Positions 13,552 through 27,162 of a stretch of 64,000 nt of DNA are shown in pieces. The position numbers and the translations under genes are program-made. Source of the stretch: Tricharina praecox (Eukaryota); contig NW_026250417.1 of NCBI RefSeq assembly GCF_024521635.1, positions 620,001 through 684,000 of the forward strand. Reading direction: 5' to 3'. The stretch's first letter is position 1; every line of letters starts with the position of its first letter. The notes under the pieces are model-generated. The model was given only the letters and a program-made list of their open reading frames with translations. It was not told the origin of the DNA and searched no databases.

Positions 13552-15714
13552 CATTTTACCACATTGATGTACTCGGGGGCAACACATTCACCTTCATTGG
13601 GCTTTGCCGCAGTACTTGTAGATACCCTATGCGCATAGTTGGAGTACGTACTTAGCCAGCAATAATTCCAGTGCCAAGCAAGCAGGCCTCAATTCTAACC
13701 CCAACGGCGAAATTCCCTTTTCTAAATTCTGGCAATCGGCTTGACACAGAATCACAGATCACTCCTATGTATAATCTGTATCTCAAGTAATCTGTGTCAT
13801 CGACTCCTCGGCTCCTCGAGCAACCTGTGTCAAGCCGATTATATATCTAGAGTACCGGCACCTATATGTATTTGCCGATCAGGGGCCGCATCCCAGCGTG
13901 CTATATAGATCTAGCCGCGCTGCGCTGCCACACGAGGAAGGACGCACGCCACTCACGCATGCCCGCCCGCCGCACGCAGATAGAGTACATAGCACGTACA
14001 TAGCACGTACCGTATGTAGGCACCGTATGTAGGTACCGTATGTACATGGGTGTAAGGGTAAGTGGTGCACCTCCTTAGGCACCATTTCACGGTTGTGGTG
14101 GTGCATCACTCTCCCTCACACCCGAGTACTCCAGTATGTACTCCACGGTATGTACTCCACGGTACATAAACCAGTTAACATGGGAGATGGCAGGCACCGA
14201 CCGATACCGGTACCGGTACCCACCCGCTTTCGCAGGGTAAATTGTAATACCTATGGTATGGTACGATGCATCGATGCGGCGATGCCTACGCACGCACATG
14301 TAGGTATCATATATACCGGTACTATAGTGACGAGACGCGATGCATGTGGCCGGGCGGCTGGTTCTCAATCTCTCTTGATTTCGGGACTGAGTTCGGGATC
14401 GTATGTATGTGTGTATGTATACTGCACTGCACTGCACTGATCAACTACTCGCGCAGAGACATAGACGAGTGATGGACCGTGGTATCATCTGCAGGTTGCA
14501 GGTTGCAGGTTGCAGACTGTAGGCGCAGGCTGTAGGCGCAGGTAGGTGGTAGGTAGGTAGGTTTTTCCGCGTAACTGTACATCTAGCATATCTAGTAGCC
14601 ATCTATCTAGCCATCTATCATCCATCTACCCATCTACCTATCATCTACCTGCCTACATGCCTATCATCTATCTACCTATCTACCTAAATTACCTCCGTCC
14701 CAACCGGCCGAGCTGCAGACCTGTCCTTACAGCTCTCGTACGGAACACGCTCTCGCCGATACATCCACACGTCGTACTTCGAGTTCACTGTTCATCCAAT
14801 GAAAAAAGGGATGGAAAAACAATAGAGCCTAAGCTGCGCAGCCTGTGCTCACCGGAGTAACATTCCACCACACCGCTCCACCAGTGACCACTCCACTTCA
14901 GTGTTCACCACCCCAACTCAGGCGAAATTCACAACCACCACCTGCCAGAAGTTGGAACGCGTCATCCATGTCCTCCCCCTCCTCCCTCTCTCGTCGATAC
15001 CTTGCGGTCGCGATAATCGATCACTTTTGTTCATCTTTTGTTTCTCATTTGCATCAATAAAAACGAGTGTATCATTCATCAATCCACAGGGTACGAGTAC
15101 ACAACAAAACCCCCCAATCCAGATCAACAAGCTCCCCCTCCTCCACAAATCAATTGAGAAAGAAAGACAGAGTAAAGTAGATTGCCTAGGAAAGGGGGAT
15201 AGATATCAATAATCATCCTGTATGGTATGAAGAATCCAAACTTTCATTCGATTTCACCCCCACCCGCCTCCACACAGTGCACACACAAGATAAAATCAAA
15301 CGCCTGCCACTTAAGCCCTTCCCTTCCCATCCGGCCATGATCCTCTTTCGTGCCGAGTAGAGTAAAGTACCTTCCCCATTCCATCCCGACCCATCCAGTC
15401 CCATCCCATCCCACCGCGCTCCCAAACTAGAGGTAAACAAAGGGAAAATATTGTGAAATAAATGAGTTCCCGTACGGGAGAAAGAGAGGATGTATACAAA
15501 AAAAACGGACAACCAAATGCCAGCAAAGGGAATACGAAAAGAAAAAAAAGAACAGAAAAGAAACCAAACAACCGATAACCAGAAATCGCTGTAAAAACCA
15601 GATAAGACAAGCAAAAAAGAACCCCAAATTAAACACAACGAAAGAAGTTTTTCACAACTTGATTATAATCGAAAGAAACCATACACGCGCACGCACGCAC
15701 TTCAGACTGCTGGT

Positions 15715-17330
15715 TTAGCGAGATCCCGACGAGCCTGGCGGCGGGCCTGGCATGAAGCTGACCGATCTGCCTGTTGGCAGGTTTGCAGCATCAGCTTCCC
15801 TGCTGATTGTTGTGAACTGCGACGACTTCTTCAGAGCGCCGGGGACAGTCTGGCCGGCGCGCTTGGCGAGCGGCGCAGGCTGGAGGATGGGGACGGTGCG
15901 GGTCTCCTCGACGACGCGGCCCTCCTCGGCGATGCTGGCGTTGTTGAACGCCGAGTTGGAGTTCAGCTTATTCTGGGTGGTGTTCATCGAGGTCTCGTGA
16001 TCGGGCTCGTCGTCCTCGGCCACCTTCTGCTCCTTCAGCTTGGCGAGCCAGAGGCTGGAACGCGCCTCGTCGCGGACGTTCATGGACTTGCGGAGTCGGC
16101 GCTTGGTGTAGAACAGACGGTAGAAGGCGAACAGGTACACGCAGATGGCGAGGAACTCGACGGAGATTTCGATGATGGCGCAAACGACAACCCAGTCCTG
16201 TTCGGTCGGAATTAGCATACGTATTCGATAAAATCCCATCGTGAGAATGATAACCATACCTGCTGGCGGCAAACGAGTGTGTAGTCGATGCTGTCCTCAA
16301 ACAGCTTCCGTCGCGTGTTGTCCTTGCAAGACCAACCCCACAGATCCTTATTGTCGTTGCCCGCTCGGCTGGCCTGCATGATACCGATACCGGCAGACCA
16401 CATGGCGATAGTGAATATGAACACAGCACCTGCGAAGATGGTTGCGTGCAATGCGATCCTTTCAGCCTTGTTGTGTCCACCCTTCCAGTAACTGTACATG
16501 ATGAACAGCGAGAGAGCGAGCGAGATGGATGCGATGACGATGATGGTAATTTGCGGCCAGGTTGGTGTCTTCATGGCCCATGGTGGCAGGCCATTTCGAG
16601 GCTTGAGGTTCCGTGTTGCGTTGAAGATGGCGAATGTAGATGCTACGAGAGCAAGAACGACCAAACTGCACACACCATGTCAGCGTGAGAGCAACGAAAG
16701 AGGGGAATAGTATTTTTTACGAACCTGCAAGCACAGTTGATACTTCGCAGCACAACCTTCGCCAACCGAACCTTCAGTTTCACGGCCTGTATCGCACAGT
16801 CAGAAAAAAAGAACCCCTGTGAACGGATAGCGAGGGGAATTAAATACCAAATCGCGCTGATCCTCAGCCCGTGCCTTCTCCTCCAACTCTGCCACCCTCT
16901 GTTCCTCGTGGGTGGAAAACGTCGTGTTGGAAGTTTTCAGTCCAGCCGATAGAGGAGCGATAGGGTACCGGGCCCATTGCGTGTCCGTTGGTGTCTGAAC
17001 CTCCTGAGTGACAACGGTACCACCGACTTCACCGTTCACCACACTCATTCCCGTTCCGTATGCCGCCGGCACCGGTACCGGAGGATAGTATGGCTCATCG
17101 ACAGGCTTGTTATTCTCTGCTGTTGACGGCCGAGCAAAGTCGTTCCGAGGTGTTGTCTTCCAGGTCGACTCCATGATGGGTGCTTGTGAGTCGGCTGGGG
17201 ATACTGCTTGGTTGTTGTGGTCGGAAATGGCTGGAGAGGGGGAGCGACGGTAGAAGTGTTCCGGCGGCGACTGATGAACCCAGGTGGGTGCGCTTCGATT
17301 TGTGTTGGCGCCTGGAGGGTTTGGGGACAT
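15715..17330 (-). CDS. ham-8: Hyphal anastomosis protein HAM-8-like multi-pass membrane protein (~477 aa)
   Basis: Exons 17330-16848, 16786-16725, 16665-16260 and 16197-15715 with canonical introns. Spliced sequence DLAVKLKVRLAKVVLRSINCACSLVVL..TWPQ..GGHNKAE..KDLWGWSC..LVCRQQDWVVVC..KRRLRKSMNVRDEARSSLWLA matches my recollection of the HAM-8 family. About 4 TM segments. Confidence 0.8.
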
Positions 17331-19901
17331 TTCGCTCTGGATTTGTGTTGATTATGAGTGGCAACCGACCGGGATTACGTGGATGGATGGGCTGAGCTGC
17401 GGGGGAATCTTCTAAGCGGGAAGGTCAGAAAAAATATGGACACGACGAGCACAGCTCGGTCTTCCGAACGGCGAGTTAAATATGAACGAGAGTAACGATG
17501 TAAAGAATGGACATCATAGAAGGAGAAGAGAAGGAGGAAGAAGACGAAGAAGAAGAAGGACGAGGGACGGGGAGTAAGTATGTAGTACTGGGAAGAGTCA
17601 CTATGGGAAATGACCATGAGGCGCCCAATAACCAGCGTATATGGGGATCCAGCCAACCGGCGGCACGGAGGCCAACTGGGCGGCTTCACGGTACGGCAGA
17701 GAACCTATCTGAGGGAAGAGGGCCAGGATGGACATACCAGAGGTGCAGATCAGACGTCGAGGGCTGGCCAATCGTGTAGAGATGACGGTCCCTGAGGTGG
17801 AAGATTTGATGATTTCGAGTACTTAGCTGGCGGGGGGTGGTGGGGGGGGAGGGCCAGAGAAATACTTGAGGCGGACGAGGAAGCTTTGAAGGCCGTCCCA
17901 ACCTTCTCGGGGCGTGGGACCCATGGTGGAGGTTGCAGGCCTTTCACGAATCGACTCGGGATGAGGCCGGACGAATCACGCATTGCAGCGACGGGCAGCA
18001 AGACGGAGGGGGGGTGGATTAGTACAGAGGACCCTCGAACAGGAAAGGTGCATGCGGAAGCGCTGAGGTTCCGCTATCAAGGGAACGAAGCGAGCGATGA
18101 GGTTAGTTGTTGCGAATGCTTGTTCCTTGTTAGTGCGATGGGACACGGCCAATCAGCAGCACGAGCCGGCACTCTGTCCAAGCGTGGGCGCCAATCGAAC
18201 CGCCCAAACTCTGGGCACACCTCCTCCTCCTCGGTAAGGCAAGGGAAGTCTCTTCGCACCCGCAAACATCGCGTGCATAGGCTCGGACAACGCCCGGGGG
18301 TTCCCACACGATGACGATGGGTGCAGTACAGTATTGGATGTCGCCTCATATGCTCCGTTGTCTGCAGGTATTCGGTCAGTCTCGTCGAAGGAACAGAGAG
18401 CAAGTACTCACGTAAAGGTACCACCGTGAATTGACGATATTCCGTATGTATGTCGAGTACCATACAAAGCCTCGAGTCCACTCGATAATGCGGGGAAGGG
18501 ATCCCACTGAGGTGCGTGACGGTGGGTGTGGATCCGTCGTGCTATCCGAGAATAGGACGCACTTAGAGTGGTTTATGTATGTAGAGTACCTAGCACATGC
18601 AGCCTTGTGCGCGCCAATCACACCGCAAGCAGTGATTTCGCCGCCAATATTGGGGACTAATACTGCCGGATCTGGTAGATTTGCGCACCGTATCATTTTT
18701 TCCGTTGCCGGCGTTATTTATGGCAGCAGGATGCCAGAATCTGTTGATGAACATCACACCACAAGGCATGTAGGCCAAGTTCCAACCAACCCCCCCTCCC
18801 ACTCAAAACTTTTGGATTTTGGTTCTTCTTCGGAGAGTTAGCACGGCATACAACACTCGATGGTTATGCATGCGTGCACGCATGCATGGGAAGTGTAGAT
18901 ATTTTATGCGGGCAGTACCGTAGTCAGTCCAGTGAAGTGCTGTTCCGCAGTGTGGAGGCATTTCAATTTTCTATGCGCGCGCTCCGAGTAGTAGAGTGTG
19001 TAGATACAAAGGCAAGTACCGTACCTACTTGGGTACGAAGGTACCCTACCCAGTGCGGTATGTAGGTATGTAGAATGGATGAACGCGCGACGGAATGAGA
19101 GATTCGGAGCCGGAGGGCGAGAGCTCTCCGCTTCCAGAACCCTGATGATTCCAGAACGAATCGAACGGTGCGTTTTCGCTGGCTATGTATATAGATACAT
19201 ACGTGTGCCTGTGGTAGCCAACCAGCCCCGGGTCTGGTCTCTGCATACGGAGGAGCTTCGGCGGAGGCATATCATACCCACTTCTTTTCTCCAGGAGCTC
19301 CGAGCAACTTGCAAGGGATCGCCATGAAACAACCAGCGGTCCAGTCCACATGTTTCGTTGAGACCGGCGGATTCACAGTGGATCACCTAGGTGTGTACTA
19401 TTACATCGGTCGATCTTATTCGCTCGGTGCTTCGCCTGCTTCTGTCTGAGGCGAGAATCCGAGATGGCTGCTGGCTAGCGGCGTACATAACTGCTGCCGG
19501 GCGGACGCCGGAATGGCATTGGTTTTGCTCTAGCAAGATGGTTACCGAAGGGCAGCAGGCAGAGAGGCTGGCATACCATAACTAAGCGAGGTCGTCGCTG
19601 GAGCTTATCAGCACATCACGTGCTCCCTTGGGTTATCTGATTGTCTTCGACTCGGTATCTAGAGTTTGAATGTACGAACGCACGGTCACGCGCATAACTT
19701 TGTCCTTACAGACTAGTCAGTGAGAGAAGCCATGAAGCACATCGGCGTCCTAAACACCCGACATCGATGCGGAAGATTCGATTTTCCGCGATGCTTCACC
19801 TCCGACGCATGGTTACCTACCGACTTACTTTCGATCCTTTTGATACCTTTGCATAACTGGATACTTTCCATATCTACAGCTCGCACTGCAGTCTGCATCT
19901 G

Positions 19902-21725
19902 CCCTAGAGTACAAGTAATGAGGCAAACCAGCATTTTATGGTCAATGAGGTCGCAAGAAACACCATCCTAAAATGAGTTCACTCAATTAGTGAATGGAAT
20001 GAGGTCCAAGATGTTGCATTAACGGAGATGTCACTCAATGCAGCATAATGATGAATGCGACAAGACGTAGAATGCGCTGGGTTTTGAGATGGTATTGTTG
20101 CAAAATGCGATATTTTGAGTAATTTGCAGTGTTATCAAATGCGTTACATTAATATGTGGTACTACTAGATATGCGGCTTATCCTCCTATACCTTCCTACA
20201 ATTGCCCCGCAGCGTACCGCCCTGTCCTGACCGCGGATAGCACACTCTTCTTGCCGCTGTCCTTGCCATCCTTGCCGCTATTCTTGCTGTCCTGCTCTTA
20301 ACCGTTGGTCCTTGGCCTTCCCCACTCACACCGCCGCGGATACCGCACCAGTCCTTCTCGCCGCGTATTGCACACTGTTGTGGAGGAGTGGTGGAGGAGC
20401 GATTTGTGAGAGGAGGAGCTGTCGGCGAGAAAAAGAGCTACTAGCGAGAAGGAGGAGTGGTCAGTGAGGAGGAGTAGTCAGTGAGAAGGACTTACCAGCG
20501 AGGAGTAGTGGTGAGCGACGAGGAGTGCCAGGGAGGAGGGCTTGTCAGTGAGGAGGACTTACCAGCGAGGCGGACGTACCAGCGAGAAGGAGTTATCTGC
20601 AAGAGGAGGAGCTATCAGCGAGAAGGAGGAGCTGTCTGCGAAATGAAGAGGAACTGTCTGCGAGAGAAGGAGGTGCGGTCCCAGGAGGAGTTGCGGCGGG
20701 AGTAGGAGCTATATGAGAGAGGAGAATCAGCGGGAGTAGTAGTTGCGGCGGGAGTAATAGTTGAGGCACGAGGGAGAATAGCAGTTGCAGCGGGAGTAGG
20801 AGCTATACGAAGGAAGAGCTATCAGCAGGAGTAGCAGTAGCAGCAGGAATAGCAATTGCGGCGGGAGTAGTAATAGCAGTAGCAGCGGGAGTGGGAATAG
20901 CAGTTGCGGCGGGAGGAGGAGTGGCGGCGGGAGGAGGAGTTGTGATGATGATGAAAAAGGAAGAAGAAGGAGAAGGAGAAGGAGAAGGAGAAGGAGAAGG
21001 AGAAGGAGAAGGAGAAGCAGACGGCTGTGAGAGCAAACGACCCCGCTAGCGCTACCCCATTCGCTTCCTCTCGTAGATACGTCCTCCTGCTGCTGTCTCC
21101 TTCCTCCGACAGCTCTCTCGCCGGACCCTAATAGTCTTCGGGCCGGCCGGACTATTCCCAGGCCTGGCCGTCTGCAAGTCCGTTGTGTGGTGGCAGACGA
21201 GAGTAGAGGTTGAAGATCATCCATCCTGTGGATGATGGTGATGACTAGAGAGAGGGAGGAGGTGGAGGTTGATCGTGTATTCTGCAGATGATGATGAGAG
21301 AGAGAGAGAGACGGGGGGAGGCGTGTATTCTGTAGACGATGATGAAGATGATGAGAGAGAGAGAGATGAGGCCTATCGGATAGCCTTCAAGTTTGCTGCC
21401 TCCCCGCTGCCTGCCCGCTGCCTGCCCGCTGCCAGCTGCTCTAACCATCCGCACTAACTACATCCGTTTCCACTCGCCGACCACTCTTATACATACCACA
21501 ACGCATTCTATGACAATGGCGCATTCATCACCACCACCATCGACGTATTAACTATGAGATTCGCATTTACTAACATCACTGCAATCAACACGAGTGAGTT
21601 TGCTGCATTTACTAGCAATAATGCATTTAGCACAGTGCGTATCTGTCACCAAATGAGGAGCACCTCATTCTGCGACATTTCGGGTGCAGTCAATGAGTGA
21701 TTCACTCATTCCTTGTACCCTAGGG
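19902..21725. mobile_element. Non-autonomous CMC/CACTA(EnSpm)-like DNA transposon, 1824 bp
   Basis: TIRs CCCTAGAGTACAAGTAATGAG versus reverse complement CCCTAGGGTACAAGGAATGAG (19/21). 3-bp direct repeat CTG at 19899-19901 and 21726-21728. Numerous AATG(A/C)G subterminal repeats at both ends. The interior is purine-rich low-complexity sequence with no transposase ORF. Confidence 0.8.
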
Positions 21726-22733
21726 CTGTTGGTCTACTCACTTTCTCCAGATCTTGGCATCATCCTGCTGCAGCAACGCACGCCGCACAGTCGCAGACTC
21801 GCAGTTCCTGCTGCCAGACACCCAGACTGTACTCTATGATGTAGGCACCGTTCCGGGCCTTCCGACCAACGCGCAGATGCAATGCGATGCGAGTGACGAT
21901 CCGTGCTATCACATCGGGCCTCCTGCTGGGTATTAGCTCTATTCGCGCGTGACACACTAACACGTCCTAGGGCTGACCGTGGTGCTCGGAATGTAAAGTA
22001 ACTGTGTGTTTGTGAGGCATACGTACATACAATAGGTGCTACATCATAGGGCATGAGGGTTTGCCAGACGTTCTGGACCCGATCGCTGTCAGTGCTGTCC
22101 TGTCAACATGCATGGCCAATAGTACTCTACAGTAGCTGGGAGATCGGCCACGATGGAGGAAACGTAGAGTACCTACCCCGCTACCAGGCTGGAGGGGATG
22201 TATGTATCATGTGGGCCACACATAGGTAAGTGGGGCGGTAGGTCGCGGCAATTGGATTTGCACATCGATATTTTAGCGCCCCGTTACTTGCACATACTCT
22301 GTGTAGAGGCAGACGTCTGCGGTCCCTTAATCTCTGGAGGCTGGGCCGCAGACGGATAACTTCTGAGACGAGGGCGTGCGTGCTGCTGCTCGGAGAAAAT
22401 CCAAGTGAGTTGGGTTGGTGGGTCTGGCAGGTGTGCATAGGTTGGTTGGCGCGAAGATGGATCCCCTGGGGATGGAGGGCTGCCTAAGGCCTGCAGCCGG
22501 AATGTCAGAAGTCAGCGCTGCAGGATCGATATCGAAACTTGATGTTTGACGGCCATAGTTGGCGGTGAGCACTGAGGGAACGGTATGGAACGATTGCACG
22601 TGTGTAACGGTAGATAGATGGATGATCCAAGTGCGGTGCCCCACTACTACCGGTAGATACCGTATTCTGCAGTACGCGTATGGTGAGTTCCGAAAGCTTC
22701 TACTATAATTCCTCAGCAACGCAAACCATCATC

Positions 22734-23381
22734 ATGTCCAGCGCACCCAACGTCCTCCTCTTCGCCACGGGCTCCGTCGCGACGATCAAGCTGCCACAGC
22801 TCGTCACGTCGCTGCTGGCGCACCGCCTCAGCCTGCGCGTGATCATCTCCCCCTCCGCCGAGCGATTCCTGAGCGCGGGTGACCTCACCGCGCTCTCCTC
22901 CGCCGTCCCGGTCTACCGCAACGAAGACGAATGGGCGCAGCCGTGGCAGCGCGGCGACCCAGTGCTTCACATCGAGCTTCGGAAATGGGCGGACCTGCTT
23001 TTGATCGCGCCGCTATCGGCGAACTCACTCGCGCGCATGGCGGGCGGTCTGTGCGACGGGCTGGGACTGAGTGTTGTCCGGGCCTGGGATGTTACCGCCA
23101 CCGTGGCTGCGCGGGAGGAGGAGCAGGAGCAGGAGCAGAAGGGTGTGGCGCGCCGCCGGAAAATGATTCTTGTCGCGCCCGCGATGAATACGCAGATGTA
23201 TCTGCACCCGTTGACGGAGGAGCAGCTGGCCAAGCTGCGCTCGTGGGGCTGGATCAATGTGCTGCCGCCCGTACAGAAGCTGCTGGCTTGTGGCGATATG
23301 GGCATAGGCGGCATGATGGAGGTGGCGGATATTGTGGCACATGTTGTTGCAGAGCTGGGGCTTGACACTCCAGGTCCTTAA
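22734..23381 (+). CDS. Phosphopantothenoylcysteine decarboxylase (HFCD flavoprotein, Hal3/Cab3/PPCDC family)
   Basis: Intronless, 215 aa. Motifs ATGSVATIK, PVLHIELRKWAD, APLSANSLA, GLCD, RAWD, APAMNTQMY and ACGDMGIGGM. The catalytic His, Asn and Cys motifs are all present. Confidence 0.93.
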   Translation: MSSAPNVLLFATGSVATIKLPQLVTSLLAHRLSLRVIISPSAERFLSAGDLTALSSAVPVYRNEDEWAQPWQRGDPVLHIELRKWADLLLIAPLSANSLARMAGGLCDGLGLSVVRAWDVTATVAAREEEQEQEQKGVARRRKMILVAPAMNTQMYLHPLTEEQLAKLRSWGWINVLPPVQKLLACGDMGIGGMMEVADIVAHVVAELGLDTPGP

Positions 23382-23952
23382 TCGAGACCCTTCTTTTTTT
23401 CTTCTTCTTGCTGTTTCCTTCGTTCCTTCGGAATCAGACTGCGGAACCGCTTCGCCCCGCCATGTGATATCTTGACTTCTATTCTGAAACCGTTGGGAAC
23501 GTGCCCGTGGCGATACCTCCAAGCGCCCGCGCCGGAGCCGTGCAACATTTTCGCCACTGTCAATATACACGGATACTGAACCTACATACCTCGTCGCACA
23601 CTATCTGTGGCGTAGCTGTTTCATATCAGCCATGTTACGCCTCGTTGAACCATGGCCACACGCAGCGCCGACGGGAACCCGTAGTTACTTTTGCTGTCCG
23701 CTGCCGACAAATGAACACTTCCGTTGGTCGGCTCGCACGTGCCACATGCCGTGGGTGTCCGAGTTGTACTGTAGGTTACCCGGGCCGTCCTCCGCATTCG
23801 GTCGGCCACGATGACGTCTTCCGCGCCTTCGTCGTGTACATACCTCGGCAGCTTCCCCCCACTGTGAGTCTGACCAAACCCGACCAAGCCAAAATTAAAC
23901 CACACCTCAAAGCTCAACCTTACAGCACTCGGCCTTCACGTTCCGCCTCACC

Positions 23953-24767
23953 ATGCCGCCGCAGCGAATACTCCTCCGACCTCCGCACCTACATCTCCAG
24001 CCCTTCTCGCTCAGCCGGCTATACCACGTGCCGACGGCGGCGCCGGCGCCCTTCTGCCGACCACGCAATGCCCCGCCCACGCTCACGGCCCGGTCGATAG
24101 TTCTGCGCCCCCTCTCCCTCCTCCCACGACACGCCGCCTTCTTCCACAGCACGCCCACCCTTCCACGGGACCACCACTTCGACACGCTCAAGTTCGTGCA
24201 GCGGCTGGAAGCGGAGGGGTTTTCACGGGACCAGAGCGAAGCTCTTCTCCGAGTACTCAGCGACGTAGTAGAAGAGAGCATCCAGAACCTGACGCGGACG
24301 ATGGTTCCGCGCGAGGACCAGGAGAAGATCAACTACGCGCAAAAGGTAGATTTTGCCAAGCTGCGCAGCGAGCTCACCGCGCTTCACGGGAGTGAATTGA
24401 ACCCGATCAAAAATGATCAGGAGCGGCTGAATAGCGAGATAAGTAGGTTGAGTGCTAGGCTGCGCGAGGAGGTGCAGAGAGCACAGTCGAGTGTTAAGCT
24501 CGATCTTAATCTGGAGAAGGGCAGGATTAGGGAGGAGAGTAGTGTGCATGAGCTGAAGATTAAGGAGACCGATACGAGGATCGAGAAGGAGGTTGGAGAT
24601 CTCAGGGGTATGCTCGAGAGTGTCAAGTTCTCGACGCTGCAGTGGTTGATCGGTGTTTGCACGGTGGGTTTCCCTTGGGCGGTGGCGGTGATGATGCGGA
24701 CGCTGGCTAATGGGTCTGATAGGGTACCGCGGCGCTGTTGTTAGGTGTGTGGCGTTTGTTAATGTGA
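23953..24767 (+). CDS. Mitochondrial CCDC90/MCUR1/Fmp32-like (DUF1640) coiled-coil membrane protein (~251 aa)
   Basis: Exons 23953-24663 and 24723-24767. Arg-rich presequence, HHFDTLKFVQRLE..GF head motif, QKVDFAKLRSEL, KLDLNLEKGRIREE, and C-terminal TM LQWLIGVCTGTAALLLGVWRLLM. Confidence 0.9.
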
Positions 24768-24929
24768 ATGCGTCGCAAGTGTGCTTCCAAGTTCCGTCCC
24801 TTCGCCGACGAGTCCACCATGGAGTGTAAACTGGCGAACCTCCCATCACTTTGTATTATATCATGTAGCGTAGCCGATTCCCCAAGAGAGATATCAACCC
24901 AGACCCAACCCCAAATCCGTGTGCGCAAC

Positions 24930-25524
24930 CTACAAGTCCATCTCCACATCCTGCCGCTCCACCGCAACCGCAACCCTCTCAACCTCATCCACCGCATCAC
25001 TGACAACACGCAACATCTGCTTCATCGCATCCTGAACCTTCTGCAGCTCCGCCTCAATCTTGACCTCCACCTCCCTCCGGCGCTGTAGCGCATCCTGGAG
25101 GCGCGAGAGGATGTCCATCCTCTGCATGTTCCTACTCCGAAGCACCCATCAGCCATCCCGCGTTCCCGCGTACGTGTACAGAGAGAGGGAGGTAACCAAC
25201 GCGGCTCTCTCCGCCTCCTCCATCCTACCGCGAACCTCGGCGTCAAGCTTTTGCAGATCCTTCTCGAAGCCCGCCTCGATGTCGCCGCGCTTCTTGCGGC
25301 GCTTGTCCATCGTCTTCGGTACATAGTCGCATGTCAGTAAGTACTCGAGTACTAAGTAGTGCGAAAAGGAAGGGAATGCGCACAGTGCGCCGCATCTTGT
25401 CCAGCAGCTCGTTCAGCTCCGCTTGTGCGGCTTCGTCGTCGCCATCGCTGTCGTCTGCGGGCGTGGTCGAGCGGCGGGTGGTGGCGGGGGGCTTGCGGGG
25501 ACGGGCGGGAGGGCGGGGCGGCAT
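24930..25524 (-). CDS. Small coiled-coil protein (~151 aa), function unknown
   Basis: Exons 25524-25384, 25313-25201 and 25131-24930 join in frame (donors gtgcgc and gttggt; branch-like actgac and gctgat). Product: Pro/Arg-rich N-terminus, acidic patch, KRRKKR, then a long heptad helix. Confidence 0.7.
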
Positions 25525-27162
25525 GGTTGCGGCAGCGGTGATGGTGGTTTTGTTCTGGGGGGTGGGGAGTGGTGCTCTACGGTTTGGTGGTTTGGTGGGG
25601 TCGAGGGAAATGGAAGATGGAGGATGGAAGTCGTCGTCGTATGGCGAGTGAGATGCATGAATGGGCCATTGAGCAGCCATTGAGCCTCGGCGGTCCGGAT
25701 TCGGATACGGACAGGCACATTCCAAGACTCCAACTTCCAAGTGCTTGATGCACCCGATACAGTACGGTACGCTGTGTCTGAATGGGATGTGCCGTGGCTC
25801 GATGTGTGTATGCAACCCGGTTCTTGGAACTTCCAGCTGAGAGAAGCTGAGCGATCCCGTCTGCTTGACGGCAGCGACAATCACTTATCACTCTCCTATC
25901 GATCAACATGTACGGTAGAGACGAGTGAGCAATAAACTTCCAAGCAGCAAGGAGGAGGGAGGCCTGGGAGGGCACTTTCGAGTTCCCAAGCCCTCTCCCG
26001 CCCTTCCCCCGAGTATCCATACATTCCAAGTAACTTTAATGATCGGCACCGGTAGCCAACGCCAACGCCAATACTGTTCGAATTTCGGCATCTACATTCT
26101 GCAACCGATATGCACCTATTCACATCGCAGGCATAAACCTTCGTCCTCGTCCTCCGTCCGAATCAACGATCAGAAACCAGATATAGATAATGAATAACGT
26201 ATGAGAACTCGTGCAGCAGCCTGCCGGCAGTGTAGATCATCCGGCTCCGCATGTCAGCATGTAACTATCACGCGCGGTCACTCGGATATTGCTCCCCCTG
26301 AAAACCCGTGACCGTGTGAGGCTCCTAGCTTTTATGTCCTTTCCTTGGACCTTGTTATCGTTCATCACCAAAGTCTACAGCTCGCTGCTGCACTTGGAAA
26401 GTAGATCGGGAGGTGAGTAATTGGAGAAACAGACGGGATGGATGGTTCGCAGCCTTCCACGTTCCCGTAGGCAGCATAGGTAGCATAGGCACTTCAACTT
26501 ACGCAATGCCTCTGGAACTTACTCGCCTCATCACCATCGAGTAAATTCATACCCCAATAGCTCCATCCAATCCTCATTAATGGCGAATTATATCACCAGA
26601 AGAACCAGAGGAACCAGAAGACTTCCAAGTGGAGTTCCAAGTTCCAAGTTCCAATTCCGCAGCCCAGCCAGCCACCAGCCACCAGCCAGCCCCCACCAGC
26701 CAGCCCCCACCAGCCAGCCAGCCGCCATTCATGAAATCATCGGGGTCAAAAGTCGGTCAAACGAAAAGAAACTGAAAAAAACATAAAGGAAGGAAAGGAA
26801 AATATAAAAACACCCACATCATCAATCAATCATTGCAAGCAGACGCCACCAGCACCTGTATAAACACCCCCGACCAAGTTCCAAGTTCCAACTACTCAAA
26901 ATCCACTACTTTTCTTCCCCCGCCTCACCCCCACCCCCCAGCACCCCCCAGGATTATGCACAGCAGCATCTTCGCCTTACTACCTTACTAGAGAGAAAAA
27001 AAGACAAGACAAAGGTCACGAGAACGAAGAAGAGAGCGCTCACGAACAAAAACTCCATACCGATCCCATCCCATCCTGTCATTCCAGACAAAAGAAAAAA
27101 AATCAAGGAAAAAAAAAAAAAACTCCAACCCTTTCCCAAACGCAAAATCAAAGCATGACATC

